A stretch of 64,000 nt of DNA from an uncultured Chloroflexia bacterium (GCA_963831745.1 CAWHRD010000004.1:46005-110004), one strand, 5' to 3'; counted from the first letter of the stretch, positions 8,597-19,145 are shown. Numbers and translations: made by a program. Notes: generated by a model from the letters alone, not told the origin.

Positions 8597-9426
8597 CGCC
8601 CCGTCCCGATCGAATCCGCCACCAGCGCCGCCGCCAGTCTCCGCCGGAGCTCGCTGGTGACGGCCATCTGGGCACCCGTGGGGACCCGCTGCTGCAGCCT
8701 GAGCGCGGCACCATCCATGCCGATCCCGGTCACCCAGATGTCGGTGGGTGCCTCCACGGCGAACCTGTCGGCCCAGGTCGAGTCCTCGCGCATGCCGTCG
8801 GCGACCTGGGCCGCGATCGCGAGAGCTCGATCGAGATCGCCGGCACGCAGGATGTGGAGGTCCACGACGGCGACGGAGAACAGCCGGGTGCGGTTGGACG
8901 ACAGCCGGATCAGACCGTTCGAGACCGCGTGCGACGAGCCCAGCCCGTCGCGCAGTATCGTCCGGCGCAGGCCGATCTCCTCCACGACGCCCTCGATCCC
9001 GGGGTGTCCGCCGACGGCCACGTAGTCGCCCTTGAAGTACGGGCCCTCCACGAGGATCAGGAGCCCCATCACGTAGTCGAGGACGACGTCCCGGGTGGCG
9101 ACCACGATGGCCACGATGACCAGGACGATGGCGGCGAGGATCGTCCACAGCTCGAAGACGGCCAGCGCCATGGCGATGAGCCCGGCCAGCACGCCCACGC
9201 GGAGGAGCTTGAGGAGGAGGTCCTCGATCGTCCCGATTCGCTTGCCGACCTCGTCGGCCGAGCTCGACCCGGACGGGAGATGCGTGGCCTGGGCGTTGAT
9301 GACGGCGGGCACGAAGCGGTGGATCGCCGTGACCCCGATCCGGTACACGAGCAACAGGATGGCGGCGCCGATCAGCAGCAGCGCCCCCCGGCCCAGGAGC
9401 CAACGAAGCGGCTCGTTCAGATCCAT
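8539..9426 (-). CDS. mscS: Mechanosensitive ion channel protein, MscS family
   Basis: TM helices are followed by the MscS beta-domain signature (GDYVAVGGHPGIEGVVEEIGLRRTILRDGLGSSHAVSNGLI). Start taken at the ATG giving MDLNEPLRWLL. Confidence 0.75.
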   Translation of the reverse strand: MDLNEPLRWLLGRGALLLIGAAILLLVYRIGVTAIHRFVPAVINAQATHLPSGSSSADEVGKRIGTIEDLLLKLLRVGVLAGLIAMALAVFELWTILAAIVLVIVAIVVATRDVVLDYVMGLLILVEGPYFKGDYVAVGGHPGIEGVVEEIGLRRTILRDGLGSSHAVSNGLIRLSSNRTRLFSVAVVDLHILRAGDLDRALAIAAQVADGMREDSTWADRFAVEAPTDIWVTGIGMDGAALRLQQRVPTGAQMAVTSELRRRLAAALVADSIGTGRWDTPMPIVSQSATSPQGG

Positions 9427-9554
9427 CTCGCCCCCCAGCAGGCGCCCTCCACCGGTCCATGGTGGCGATGGCGTCATGTCGGACAGCCTACCTTGAGCAC
9501 CGGTGCGACGGGCACCCGACCTCGACGCGGAGTGCCGCCCGGCCAGTCGCACGC

Positions 9555-10598
9555 TCAGTGGCAGGTACCGGTTCCCTGGTCGCGCACGATCCCGTCGACG
9601 TCGACGAACCGGAACGACCAGGAGTCGGCCAGCAGCGTGAGCTCCAGCAGCCCGTAGGCGTCGTTGACCCGGACCAGCGAGTTCGGCCGCGCCTCCCGGA
9701 ATGTCTCGAGCTCAGCGCCGCCGGTGCCGGCGACGATCTCCGTGATGCCGCCAGCGGGGTCGGCCCTGCCGTCGGGGTCCTGTGGCGCGAACCGCTCGTA
9801 GTCGTGATCGTGGCCGTCGAGCACGAGGTCGGCACCCGCCGCGTACAGCGCGTCCCACAACGGGCCGACCGCGCGATCGTCCCCGTGCTGGCCGCTGCTG
9901 AACCGCGGCTGATGAAGCAGCGCCAGCGTGCAGCGCGCGTCGCTCGCGGCGAGGTCATCGCGGAGCCACCGCGCCTGCTCCGAGCCGGTGGCGCAGCGGC
10001 GACCCGCGAGCCCGCAGTTCCCGTCGAGGACGACGACATGCCAGGCCCCGAGGTCTTCCGAGAACCAGGACCGGCCATCCCGTGCCGCCGCGCTCCCCAT
10101 GTACGCCTGCAGCGGCGCGCCGCCGTCCGTGTGCACGTCGTGGTTGCCTGTGACCGCGAACCTGATCCGGTCCTTCACCGCGCCCCACGACCCGCCGAAG
10201 CAGGTAGTGAGCTCCTCGGTCGTCCCGTCCTCGTAGGCCGTGTCGCCGAGCGTCGCCACGACGCCGCTCATGCTCGCCGCCAGCGCGCCCGTGTCATCGT
10301 CGTGCGTCGAGTCGCAGCGACCGATGTCGCCGGCCGCCAGAAGCGTCGTTGCCGTGCTGTCTCCCATGGCCGAGGTCGGCGAGGGTCCACCGGTTGCGGA
10401 CGGCGAACCCGTCGTACCTGGGGTCAAGATTCCCTCGGGCGGCGTCACCACCGGTGGTGCCGGGGACGAGCTCCCAGGCCGAGGTGTCGGCCCGGAGGTC
10501 TCCCGTCCCGAACAGCCTGCGACGAGCGCAGCCACGAGCACGAGCGCCGCGAGCAGCCACGCTTCGCGATGCCGGTCCCGGTGTTCGCGCACGGCCAT
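9555..10598 (-). CDS. Metallophosphoesterase (calcineurin-like) lipoprotein
   Basis: Lipobox signal (LVLVAALVAGCSG) and metallophosphatase motifs (GDIGRC..D, GDTAYEDG, VTGNHD, LLHQPRFSSGQHGDD, LDGHDHDYER). Confidence 0.7.
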   Translation of the reverse strand: MAVREHRDRHREAWLLAALVLVAALVAGCSGRETSGPTPRPGSSSPAPPVVTPPEGILTPGTTGSPSATGGPSPTSAMGDSTATTLLAAGDIGRCDSTHDDDTGALAASMSGVVATLGDTAYEDGTTEELTTCFGGSWGAVKDRIRFAVTGNHDVHTDGGAPLQAYMGSAAARDGRSWFSEDLGAWHVVVLDGNCGLAGRRCATGSEQARWLRDDLAASDARCTLALLHQPRFSSGQHGDDRAVGPLWDALYAAGADLVLDGHDHDYERFAPQDPDGRADPAGGITEIVAGTGGAELETFREARPNSLVRVNDAYGLLELTLLADSWSFRFVDVDGIVRDQGTGTCH

Positions 10599-10870
10599 GC
10601 TCCCTCGCTGCTGCACGGCCCGGCCTGTCGGGCCGCGTGACGGGCGTCGGTTCGACGGCCGGCACGACGCGCAAGCGCCTTGGTCCCTCTCGTGCGGCGC
10701 AAGAGTACCAACCATGGCGGACCGTGCTGGACCGGGCGGTCGCGGGCTGGGCAGGACGCTGCGACGTGCAGCCTCATGGCGTGGCCGACATGCGCGACAA
10801 TGGTGGCTCGTCGGACTGGTCGTCGGCCCGCGTCGAGCCACTGGCGGGATCGAGCGATGGGAGGGCTTTG

Positions 10871-11791
10871 ATGGGCGAAGCTCCCTACCGGCGCGTGCAC
10901 GTCGTCATCAACCCGGCCTCGGGCAAGGATGAGCCGATCCTCAACGTCCTGAACGACGTCTTCCGCCAGCACGGCGTGGACTGGGACATCAGCCTCACCC
11001 ACAAGTACGGCGATGCCGCCGCGCAGGCCGGGGCAGCCATCGCCGATGGCGTCGACCTGGTCGCAGGGTACGGTGGCGACGGCACCCAGCACGAGATCGC
11101 GAACGCGGTCCTGCTGGCGCAAGCCAGGACGGGCCGAACGACGCCGATGGGCATCCTCCCGGGCGGCACGGGCAACGGCTTCGCGCGCGAGATGGGCGTG
11201 CCGGGGACGCTCCGCGAGGCCGTGACCGTGCTGTGCTCGAGCGTGAGCACGCGCTCGATCGACGTGGGCCGGCTGGTGAGCGTCGCGCAGGCACAGGTCG
11301 AGGACCGCTACTTCATCCAGCGGCTCTACATCGGCATCGAGCCCGAACAGCAGACCAGCCGCGAGCTCAAGGACAAGTACGGCGTCTTCGCGTATGCGGT
11401 GTCCATGGCGGGGCGGGCGAGGAGCGGCACCCGCTGCCGCTACCTGGCCGACGTCGACGGTGAGCACTTCGAGTTCGAGGCATCGAAGATCTACATCGTG
11501 AACTCGGGGATGATGGGCACGGGCCTCAAGATCACCCACACCTACGCCGTCGACGACGGGCTGCTGGACTGCTTCGCGATCGATGCACGCAGCCTCGACA
11601 GCGTCACCGCAGCCGCGGCGCGGTTCCTGACCATCCCCGCGTTGAACGAGATGAACTACCTCCGGCAGGCCCACGCCGTGGCCATCGAGGCCGAGCCCGA
11701 CCAGCCGGTGTGGACGGACGGCGAGTACGTCGGGCGGACGCCGGTCAAGGTCGAGGTCCTCCCGTCGGCCCTGACCGTTGTCGTCCCCTGA
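10871..11791 (+). CDS. Diacylglycerol kinase catalytic-domain family lipid kinase (YegS/DagK-like)
   Basis: VHVVINPASG...GGDGT...GILPGGTGNGFAR motifs. ATG at 10871; an alternative ATG at 10790 lies upstream. Confidence 0.75.
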   Translation: MGEAPYRRVHVVINPASGKDEPILNVLNDVFRQHGVDWDISLTHKYGDAAAQAGAAIADGVDLVAGYGGDGTQHEIANAVLLAQARTGRTTPMGILPGGTGNGFAREMGVPGTLREAVTVLCSSVSTRSIDVGRLVSVAQAQVEDRYFIQRLYIGIEPEQQTSRELKDKYGVFAYAVSMAGRARSGTRCRYLADVDGEHFEFEASKIYIVNSGMMGTGLKITHTYAVDDGLLDCFAIDARSLDSVTAAAARFLTIPALNEMNYLRQAHAVAIEAEPDQPVWTDGEYVGRTPVKVEVLPSALTVVVP

Positions 11792-12332
11792 GGCGCCGGA
11801 GCGGCTCGACGCGTTCCACTGGGCGTTCGACAAGCTGTACCCGGCGATCCGGTTCACCTATGAGCACCTGTTCGGGCATGCCTGGTTCTCCCAGGTCACG
11901 CCCAACCTCTGGATCGGCGGAGCGCCGACCTATCGACGCGACTACGATGCGCTGCTCGCCGACGGGATCACGGCGGTCCTCGACGTTCGAGCCGAGCGCA
12001 TCGCGGACCTTGCGTTCTACGACGCTCACGGCATCTCGCACCGGCGATTCCACGTGCCGGACATCGGCGTCCCGAGTGAGCACGTCCTGACCGAGGCGGT
12101 CGACTGGATCGACGCGCAGCTGGCCGACGGCCATACGGTCCTCGCCCACTGTGCGAAAGGCCGCGGCCGCTCGGCAGCCGTGCTCGCGGCCTACCTCATG
12201 CGGGAGGGTGGGATGACCTACGGCGAGGCGAGCGAGCTGCTGCACTCGAAGCGCTCGCTCGTCAAGCTGGAGGCGCGGCACCGCCACGTGCTCGACGCCT
12301 GGATCGCCACGCAGAGGGCTGTCCCCGGGTGA
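11778..12332 (+). CDS. Dual-specificity protein phosphatase
   Basis: CX5R active site (HCAKGRGRSAAV) in a DSP-like fold. The TTG start at 11778 overlaps the upstream stop, so the start is uncertain. Confidence 0.65.
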   Translation: MSSPEAPERLDAFHWAFDKLYPAIRFTYEHLFGHAWFSQVTPNLWIGGAPTYRRDYDALLADGITAVLDVRAERIADLAFYDAHGISHRRFHVPDIGVPSEHVLTEAVDWIDAQLADGHTVLAHCAKGRGRSAAVLAAYLMREGGMTYGEASELLHSKRSLVKLEARHRHVLDAWIATQRAVPG

Positions 12333-12400
12333 CGCGGGCGGCGGGCCGTCGCGCGTTCGTCCGGGAGCGCGTCGCTGCGCTGCCAGGGTCGCCGCCGGGG

Positions 12401-13201
12401 CTACGTCACGGCCGGCTTGCCTTTCGGCCAGTAGAGCTCCTTCTTGACGTGGAACTCCGGGAAGCCGCGGTCCATGAGCACGCGTTCCACGTTGAGGATC
12501 ATCTCCGGGTTGCCGCAGATGTAGACGACCGTCCGGTCGGCGCGCAGGCCGAGATCCCGGCAGACGTCGGCGACGACCGCCTCGACGCGCCCGGTACGTC
12601 CGGTCCAGCCGGCGTTCGCCGGGTCGTTGGGGCGCGAGATCGTCGGGACATAGCGGACCGGGTAGAACGCCTCGCCCTCCAGGATCTCGAGCTCGGTGCG
12701 GTAGCCGAGGTCGGCGACCTTCGAAACCCCGTGGAGCATGACGGTCTTCCGTGGCTGCCTCCGGGCCATCGTCTCGCGGATCATGGAGACGAACGGCGCG
12801 AGGCCTGTGCCCGTGGAGACGTAGAGGTGCGTGCGGCGGTCGTCCGGCTCCAGCATGAACTTGCCCTTCGGGCCGATCATCCGCATCCGCGCCCCTGGCT
12901 GGAGGCGCCAGAGCAGCGTCGTGAAGCGGATCACCGGGACGAGGCGGACGTACATCTCGTAGCCCTCGGTCCCCGCGACCGACGGCGCCGACGCCACGGA
13001 GTACGGGCGCTGCCAGAGCTTCTCGTCCGCGAAGACGCCGATCGTCATGTACTGGCCGGGCTCGAACGGGATGGGCTCGCCGTCGAGCTTCACCCAGAAC
13101 GAGGCGAGGTCGGGAGTGTGGTCGACCCGCCGCACGAGCGTGGCGTTGTACTGCGGTGCGTCCTCGGCGATGACGCGGGTGTCCTCGACGTGGTGGCTCA
13201 T
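12401..13201 (-). CDS. fpr: Ferredoxin--NADP(+) reductase (plant-type FNR family)
   Basis: RPYSVAS FAD-binding motif, GTGLAPF NADP motif and a C-terminal aromatic tail. Start at the ATG giving MSHHVEDTRV. Confidence 0.8.
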   Translation of the reverse strand: MSHHVEDTRVIAEDAPQYNATLVRRVDHTPDLASFWVKLDGEPIPFEPGQYMTIGVFADEKLWQRPYSVASAPSVAGTEGYEMYVRLVPVIRFTTLLWRLQPGARMRMIGPKGKFMLEPDDRRTHLYVSTGTGLAPFVSMIRETMARRQPRKTVMLHGVSKVADLGYRTELEILEGEAFYPVRYVPTISRPNDPANAGWTGRTGRVEAVVADVCRDLGLRADRTVVYICGNPEMILNVERVLMDRGFPEFHVKKELYWPKGKPAVT

Positions 13202-13436
13202 GGGGGAGCGGATCTCCTGGCTGGGTCCCTGCCGCGCGGAATCGCGACGCCGCCGCGAGTGTAGACCCGCGTCGGGCCGCGCGACGGCGTCGCCGGGGGC
13301 GCACCGGCCCCCCGGGAGCGGGCCGACCGGTCCCGGTCCCGCCCGCCCGCGGCCGGTACAATCACCCGGACGCCATCGGACCGATCGCGGGGCGACCCCA
13401 TGCCCCGCTGCCATGCACACAGGGAGAACCCGCCCC

Positions 13437-16211
13437 ATGCCCGACGTCGCACCGTCCACGCGCGCCCACGCGGCCGCCAAGCGCTACATCTACGCCTGGG
13501 GCGACGGTCGCGCCGAAGGCAACGGGTCCATGAAGGACCTCCTCGGCGGCAAGGGCGCCGGCCTCGCCGAGATGACGAACGCCGGGCTCCCGACCCCTCC
13601 CGGGTTCACCATCACCACCGAGGCCTGCAACGACTACTTCGAGGCGGGCAAGCAGCTCCCTCCGGGCCTCTGGGAGGACGTCCTGGAGGCGGTGAAGGCC
13701 GTCGAGGCCAGCACCGGCAAGGGCTTCGGCGACCCCAAGAACCCGCTCCTCGTGTCGGTTCGCTCGGGCGCCAAGTTCTCGATGCCGGGGATGATGGACA
13801 CGGTCCTCAACCTGGGCCTCAACGAGGAGACCCTCGAGGGCCTGGTCGCCCTCACCGGCAACGAGCGCTTCGGCTGGGACGCCTACCGGCGCTTCATCCA
13901 GATGTTCGGCCGGATCGTGATGGGCGTCGACGGCGAGCGCTTCGAGCACCCGCTCCAGGCCCGCAAGGACCTCCACGGCCCCGGCGCCAAGGACACCGAC
14001 CTCACCGTCGACGACCTGAAGGCGCTCGTCGCCATCTCCAAGCAGGTGGTCGAGGAGGACACCGGCCGCGCGTTCCCGACCGATCCCGACGAGCAGCTCG
14101 ACCTGGCCATCAAGGCTGTCTTCGCCTCGTGGTTCGGGAAGCGCGCCAACGACTACCGCAACAGCCAGAAGATCGCCCACGACCTCGGCACCGCGGTGAA
14201 CGTCGTGACGATGGTCTTCGGCAACATGGGCGACGACTCCGGCACCGGCGTCGCGTTCACCCGCGACCCGAACACCGGCGAGAAGCTCCTGTACGGCGAG
14301 TACCTCGTCAACGCCCAGGGCGAGGACGTGGTGGCCGGGATCCGGACCCCGGAGAAGATCAGCCACCTGGCCCAGGAGATGCCCGAGGCCTACGCCGAGT
14401 TCCAGCGGATCGCGAACCAGCTCGAGAAGCACTACAAGGACGTCCAGGACCTCGAGTTCACGATCGAGCGCGGCAAGCTCTACATGCTCCAGACGCGCTC
14501 CGCGAAGCGCACCGCGGCGGCGGCGGTGAAGATCGCCGTCGACATGGTGGCCGAGGGCCTCATCGACGAGCGCGAGGCCGTCGGGCGGATCGAGCCCGCG
14601 CAGGTCGACCAGCTCCTGCGGGATCAGTTCGATCCCGTCGCCCGCAAGGCCGCCAAGCAGATCGCGAAGGGCCTCAACGCGTCCCCCGGGGCCGCCGTCG
14701 GGCGTGCCGTCTTCAACGCCGACGTCGCCGTCGAGTGGGTCGCCCGCGGCGAGACCGTGGTGCTGGTGCGCGTCGAGACGTCGCCCGACGACTTCCACGG
14801 CATGGCCGTCGCGCAGGGCATCCTGACCGCCCGCGGCGGCGCGACGTCGCACGCGGCCGTGGTCGCGCGCCAGATCGGCAAGCCCTGCGTGGCCGGCTGC
14901 GCCGAGCTGGTCGTCGACTACGCCACGAAGACCGCCCGCTCCAGCGACTCCGGGGTCGAGTTCGGCGAGGGCGACCTCATCAGCGTCGACGGCTCGACGG
15001 GCGAGGTCTTCCTCGGCGCGCTGCCGACCGTGTCGGCACGGTTCGAGGACCAGCCCGAGCTCCAGACGATCCTGGGCTGGGCCGACGGGATCCGCCGGCT
15101 CCAGATCTGGACGAACGCCGACAAGCCGGAGGAGGCCGCCCAGGCCCGCGGCTACGGCGCCCAGGGCATCGGCCTGTGCCGGACGGAGCACATGTTCCGC
15201 GAGGGCGAGCGCCTCGACATCGTCCGCGGCGCCATCCTCGTCGCGAACGCTGCGACGCGGGCCAAGGCCCGGATCGCAGCGGGCGAGGAGCTGACGGCCG
15301 AGGATGCCGAGGCCGTCGCGACGTTCGACGCGGCGATGGCCAAGCTGGAGGCGCTCCAGCAGGGCGACTTCGAGGGGATCCTCGCGGCCATGTCGGGCCT
15401 GCCGGTGGTCATCCGGCTCATCGACCCGCCGCTCCACGAGTTCCTCCCCAACCTCGAGGACCAGCTCGTCAAGGTCACCCGCGCCGGGGACGCCGCCACC
15501 GACGAGGACCGCGAGCTCCTCGCGACCATCAAGTCGATGCACGAGCAGAACCCGATGCTCGGCCTTCGCGGCTGCCGCCTCGGGCTGATGATCCCGGACT
15601 TCGTGAAGATCCAGACCCGGGCGATCCTCAACGCCGCCGTGACGGTGAAGCGCGCCGGCAAGGACCCGCGGCCGGAGATCATGATCCCGCTCGTCGGCCA
15701 CGTGAACGAGCTGATCGCCACCCGCAGGCTCCTCGACGCCGAGGCGGAGGCCGTCGTCAAGGCGGCCGGCGAGGCCATCGACTTCAAGTTCGGCACGATG
15801 ATCGAGATCCCGCGGGCCGTGTGGGTCGCCGACCAGATCGCGGAGCATGCGGAGTTCTTCAGCTTCGGCACCAACGACCTGACCCAGATGACCTTCGGCT
15901 ACAGCCGCGACGACGCGGAGGGCGGCTTCCTCCTCAAGTACGTCGAGGACGGCATCCTCCCGGAGAACCCGTTCCAGACCCTCGACGACGTGATCGCCGA
16001 CGAGATGCAGATGGCGGTCGACCGGGGTCGCGCCGCGCGGCCCGGCCTCAAGGTCGGCATCTGTGGCGAGCACGGCGGCGATCCCGCCTCGATCCACAAG
16101 TGCGAGAAGATCGGCCTCAACTACGTCTCCTGCTCGCCCTTCCGCGTCCCCGTGGCGCGGCTGGCGGCAGCCCAGGCGGCGATGTCCGACGGCGCCTTCC
16201 GCGACAAGTAG
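13437..16211 (+). CDS. ppdK: Pyruvate, phosphate dikinase
   Basis: 924 aa with the ATP-grasp N-domain, the phospho-histidine domain (GGATSHAAVVARQIGKPCVAG) and the PEP/pyruvate TIM-barrel domain (FFSFGTNDLTQMTFG; ICGEHGGDP). Confidence 0.92.
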   Translation: MPDVAPSTRAHAAAKRYIYAWGDGRAEGNGSMKDLLGGKGAGLAEMTNAGLPTPPGFTITTEACNDYFEAGKQLPPGLWEDVLEAVKAVEASTGKGFGDPKNPLLVSVRSGAKFSMPGMMDTVLNLGLNEETLEGLVALTGNERFGWDAYRRFIQMFGRIVMGVDGERFEHPLQARKDLHGPGAKDTDLTVDDLKALVAISKQVVEEDTGRAFPTDPDEQLDLAIKAVFASWFGKRANDYRNSQKIAHDLGTAVNVVTMVFGNMGDDSGTGVAFTRDPNTGEKLLYGEYLVNAQGEDVVAGIRTPEKISHLAQEMPEAYAEFQRIANQLEKHYKDVQDLEFTIERGKLYMLQTRSAKRTAAAAVKIAVDMVAEGLIDEREAVGRIEPAQVDQLLRDQFDPVARKAAKQIAKGLNASPGAAVGRAVFNADVAVEWVARGETVVLVRVETSPDDFHGMAVAQGILTARGGATSHAAVVARQIGKPCVAGCAELVVDYATKTARSSDSGVEFGEGDLISVDGSTGEVFLGALPTVSARFEDQPELQTILGWADGIRRLQIWTNADKPEEAAQARGYGAQGIGLCRTEHMFREGERLDIVRGAILVANAATRAKARIAAGEELTAEDAEAVATFDAAMAKLEALQQGDFEGILAAMSGLPVVIRLIDPPLHEFLPNLEDQLVKVTRAGDAATDEDRELLATIKSMHEQNPMLGLRGCRLGLMIPDFVKIQTRAILNAAVTVKRAGKDPRPEIMIPLVGHVNELIATRRLLDAEAEAVVKAAGEAIDFKFGTMIEIPRAVWVADQIAEHAEFFSFGTNDLTQMTFGYSRDDAEGGFLLKYVEDGILPENPFQTLDDVIADEMQMAVDRGRAARPGLKVGICGEHGGDPASIHKCEKIGLNYVSCSPFRVPVARLAAAQAAMSDGAFRDK

Positions 16212-16215
16212 CGCG

Positions 16216-16284
16216 CCGGCGCCCGCCACCGGGCGCCGGACCAGGCACGAGCCTCGAGCGGGGGCCCCGGTGACGGGGCCCCCG
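16216..16284 (+). terminator. Two consecutive perfect GC hairpins (10-bp stem with ccac loop; 11-bp stem with gtga loop) immediately after the ppdK stop
   Basis: ccggcgcccg-ccac-cgggcgccgg and cgggggccccg-gtga-cggggcccccg. Confidence 0.5.
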
Positions 16285-16472
16285 CACCGATCCCCGTGCG
16301 GCGCAGAGCCGCCCGGTGACCGGCCGCCCCACGCCGATCCCGCCTCCGCCGCCGTCCCGCGACCGGGCCCGGCGGATGCCCCCAAGGTCCGGGTCGAGTA
16401 GCCCGAACGGGTCCGGGGCGAGGTCGTGCGCGCCGCCTACGATCCGGTGCGGGGGGACACCACATCCCGGGA

Positions 16473-18710
16473 GTGTCGATGGCGCGCACCGCAACCCAGG
16501 ATCCAGCCGGCGGCCGATCCGCCGGTCGTGACCGGCGCTCGTCGGCTGCGCCCGTCGTCGGCGCGTACGCCGTCGTCGGCGTCACCTGGATCCTGGCCTC
16601 CGACGTCTTCGTGCGGGCCGTGCTGCCGGGCCGTGCCGGCGAGCTCATCGGGTCCGTCAAAGGCGTCGGCTTCGTCGTCGTGACGACGATCGCGCTGTGG
16701 GGGATCCTCGCCGCGCGCGATCACCTGCTCGCGCGGACCGAGCGCGAGCGCATCGCCGCCGTGGAGGCGACGACGGCCATCTTCCGCTCGAGCCCGCTGG
16801 CGATCGTCGCGGCTGATCGCGACGGCCGCATCAGCGCCTGGAGCCCGGCAGCCGAGCGCGTGCTGGGCTGGCGCGAGGACGAGGTGGTCGGCCGACCCGC
16901 GACCATCCTGCGCCCCGACGACCCCGCCTGGGTCTCGCGGGGCTTCGCCGAGGTCATGGCGGGAGAGACGCTGGTCGCCGTCCCGGTGCGCTACCCGCAC
17001 CGCGACGGCCGGCCGCGCGACCTCGAGCTCTTCGTGGCCCCGCTGCGCGACGATGCCGGGGGGGTCCGCGGCGCGGTGGTCGTGGCGGAGGACGTCACGG
17101 CGATCCACGAGGCGCAGGCGGAGCGTGCCCGCCTCGCCACCGCCATCGACCAGGCGGCCGAGGCGATCGTGGTCACCGACCCCGACGGCCGGATCGTCTA
17201 CGCCAACCCCGCCTTCGAGCGGGTGACGGGCTACCCGCGGGCGGAGCTGCTGGGCCAGAACCCGCGCGTCCTCAAGAGCGGCGCCCACGACAGCGCCTTC
17301 TACGCCCGCCTCTGGTCGACCCTGCTCGCCGGCGAGACCTGGCGAGGAACGCTGACGAACCGCCGCAAGGACGGCACCCTTTTCGAGGAGGAGGCGGCGA
17401 TCTCCCCGGTCCGTGACTCGGCAGGCCGGATCACCGCGTACGTCGCCGTCAAGCGCGACCTGACCGCGGAGCGGGCGCTCGAAGCCGGCCTGCGCGCGGA
17501 GCTCGCCGACCGCGCTGCGGTGCGCGCAGCGATCGGCAGGATCACCGTCGGGCGGACGCCCGAGGCGACGGCCGAGTCGATCGTCGAGGCGCTGCTCCAC
17601 GTCGACGGGCTCGAGCATCCGTCGGTCTTCCACCTTGCCAGCCGGCCCGGGCGCGTGTTCCGCCTCGCCGGGCGCGTTCCGGGGGTGCGCATCGTGCCCG
17701 GCGAGGAGATGTCGGACGAGCGGGCCGAGTACCTGCGCCGACGGGCCGCCGACGGGCCCTGGATCCACGTCTTCGCCCACGAGCCGCCGCCGGGCGCGAA
17801 CGCCACGGCGATCGTCAGCGCGGGAGGCATCACGGGCGGGATCTACGCCCCGGTGGTCCACCAAGGGCGGGTCGTGGGCGTCGTGGGCGGCGTGACGACG
17901 CGGCCAGACCCCGCCGCGACGCTGGGCCGGCGGCTCGGCGCGCTCCTCGAGCTCGCCGTGGTCGCCGGGCCCATCCTCGCCCCGCAGCTGGCGGCGCGCG
18001 AGGATCTCGAGGGAGCGCGGGCGAGCATCCGGACGATCGCCCGAGGCCGCCGGTTCCACCCGGTGTTCCAGCCGATCGTGCGGCTCGCCGACCGCGGGGC
18101 GACCGGCTACGAGGCGCTGACGCGGTTCGCCGACGGGGTCGCGCCCGACGTGCGGTTCGCGGAGGCGGCGGCGCTCGGCGCCGGGATCGAGCTCGAGACG
18201 GCCTGCCTCCGCGCTGCGGTCGCGGCGGCGGGCGACCTCCCCGGGGACGCCTGGCTCAGCCTGAACGCCTCGGGGGCGATGATCCGGTCGGGCCGCCTGC
18301 GGACGATCCTGCGGCGGGTCGACCGCGACGTCGTCATCGAGCTGACGGAGCATGTCACCGTCGATGATTACGCCGGCCTGCGCGCCGCCATCGAGGCGCT
18401 CGGGCCCGGCGTGCGGCTGGCGGTCGACGACGGCGGCGCGGGCTTTGCCGGGCTGCGCCACGTCGTGGAGCTGCGCCCGCACATCGTGAAGCTCGACGCG
18501 GCCATCGTGCGGGGGATCGACGGCGATCCGGTGCGGCAGTCGCTGGTGGCCGGCATGCTCCACTACGCCCGCACGACCGGGACCTTCGTCGTCGCGGAAG
18601 GCGTCGAGACCGAGATGGAGGCGCAGACGCTCGCCGGGCTCGGCGTCGAGCTCGCGCAGGGCTACCTCTTCGCACGCCCGGCGCCGCTCGCGGACGGCCG
18701 CGCCGCCTGA
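16473..18710 (+). CDS. Membrane-anchored PAS-PAS-EAL domain protein (cyclic-di-GMP phosphodiesterase family), with an apparently degenerate central sensor domain and no GGDEF motif
   Basis: Two N-terminal TM helices, two PAS domains (RDGRISAWSPAAERVLGW; DGRIVYANPAFERVTGY...RKDGTLFEEE) and a C-terminal EAL domain (ELTE...DDGGAGFAG...KLD). GTG start. Confidence 0.8.
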   Translation: MSMARTATQDPAGGRSAGRDRRSSAAPVVGAYAVVGVTWILASDVFVRAVLPGRAGELIGSVKGVGFVVVTTIALWGILAARDHLLARTERERIAAVEATTAIFRSSPLAIVAADRDGRISAWSPAAERVLGWREDEVVGRPATILRPDDPAWVSRGFAEVMAGETLVAVPVRYPHRDGRPRDLELFVAPLRDDAGGVRGAVVVAEDVTAIHEAQAERARLATAIDQAAEAIVVTDPDGRIVYANPAFERVTGYPRAELLGQNPRVLKSGAHDSAFYARLWSTLLAGETWRGTLTNRRKDGTLFEEEAAISPVRDSAGRITAYVAVKRDLTAERALEAGLRAELADRAAVRAAIGRITVGRTPEATAESIVEALLHVDGLEHPSVFHLASRPGRVFRLAGRVPGVRIVPGEEMSDERAEYLRRRAADGPWIHVFAHEPPPGANATAIVSAGGITGGIYAPVVHQGRVVGVVGGVTTRPDPAATLGRRLGALLELAVVAGPILAPQLAAREDLEGARASIRTIARGRRFHPVFQPIVRLADRGATGYEALTRFADGVAPDVRFAEAAALGAGIELETACLRAAVAAAGDLPGDAWLSLNASGAMIRSGRLRTILRRVDRDVVIELTEHVTVDDYAGLRAAIEALGPGVRLAVDDGGAGFAGLRHVVELRPHIVKLDAAIVRGIDGDPVRQSLVAGMLHYARTTGTFVVAEGVETEMEAQTLAGLGVELAQGYLFARPAPLADGRAA

Positions 18711-18834
18711 CGCGCCGCGCCGCGCGGCGCCGGGAGCCGGCCTCTGTGCCGCCTGGCGTACCGCCCGGCAAGCCCGTGCAGCGGGCGGGGCCACGGCGTC
18801 GGGGCCACGGCGCAACGGCCACGGCGCCGGACAC

Positions 18835-18864
18835 CCCGAGACCCCGGCGGGCCGGGGTCTCGGG
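18835..18864. terminator. Perfect 13-bp GC hairpin with a 4-nt loop between convergent genes; candidate bidirectional terminator
   Basis: cccgagaccccgg-cggg-ccggggtctcggg, about 125 nt after the EAL-protein stop and about 110 nt after the minus-strand small ORF. Confidence 0.45.
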
Positions 18865-18971
18865 CGGAGGAGAGGCGGGCGAAGCGGGGGAGGAGTCCCG
18901 CTCGCCACGAGGCTTCGATCAAGGGCGGTGGCGCCCCGGGCGGCGCGGCCGCCCGGGGCACCGGGACAGGG

Positions 18972-19145
18972 TCAGCGGGCCACCGCCGGCCGCCACGGGA
19001 GAAGGAGGCGCCGCGGACGGTCGCGCCCGGCGTGCTCCGTCCCCCCCGCCGCCTGCCGGTTCCCCCCGGCGAGCCGCCGCTTGGCGGCCTCGACGGTCAG
19101 GTCGGCGTGACGGTGCTCGGCAACGAGCGCATGGGACCAGTTCAT
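18972..19145 (-). CDS. Hypothetical small protein (57 aa), preceded by a near-consensus Shine-Dalgarno; existence uncertain
   Basis: GGAGGAAGGAGG lies 5-6 nt upstream of the ATG (forward cctccttcctcc at 19152-19163). The N-terminal 27 aa (MNWSHALVAEHRHADLTVEAAKRRLAG) are protein-like but the C-terminus is low-complexity. Confidence 0.3.
   Translation of the reverse strand: MNWSHALVAEHRHADLTVEAAKRRLAGGNRQAAGGTEHAGRDRPRRLLLPWRPAVAR

Noticed and set aside
13047-13436. 130-codon upstream extension of the PPDK ORF, plus the 957-aa and 1007-aa ORFs overlapping ppdK in other frames
   Set aside because: The extension is Arg/Pro-rich and overlaps the divergent fpr gene. PPDK homology begins at the ATG at 13437. 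The other frames are compositional artefacts.
16437-18908. 823-aa minus-strand ORF opposite the PAS-EAL gene, plus several 60-180-aa ORFs in the same span
   Set aside because: Low-complexity Arg/Pro/Ala translations. The plus-strand frame carries recognisable PAS and EAL motifs.
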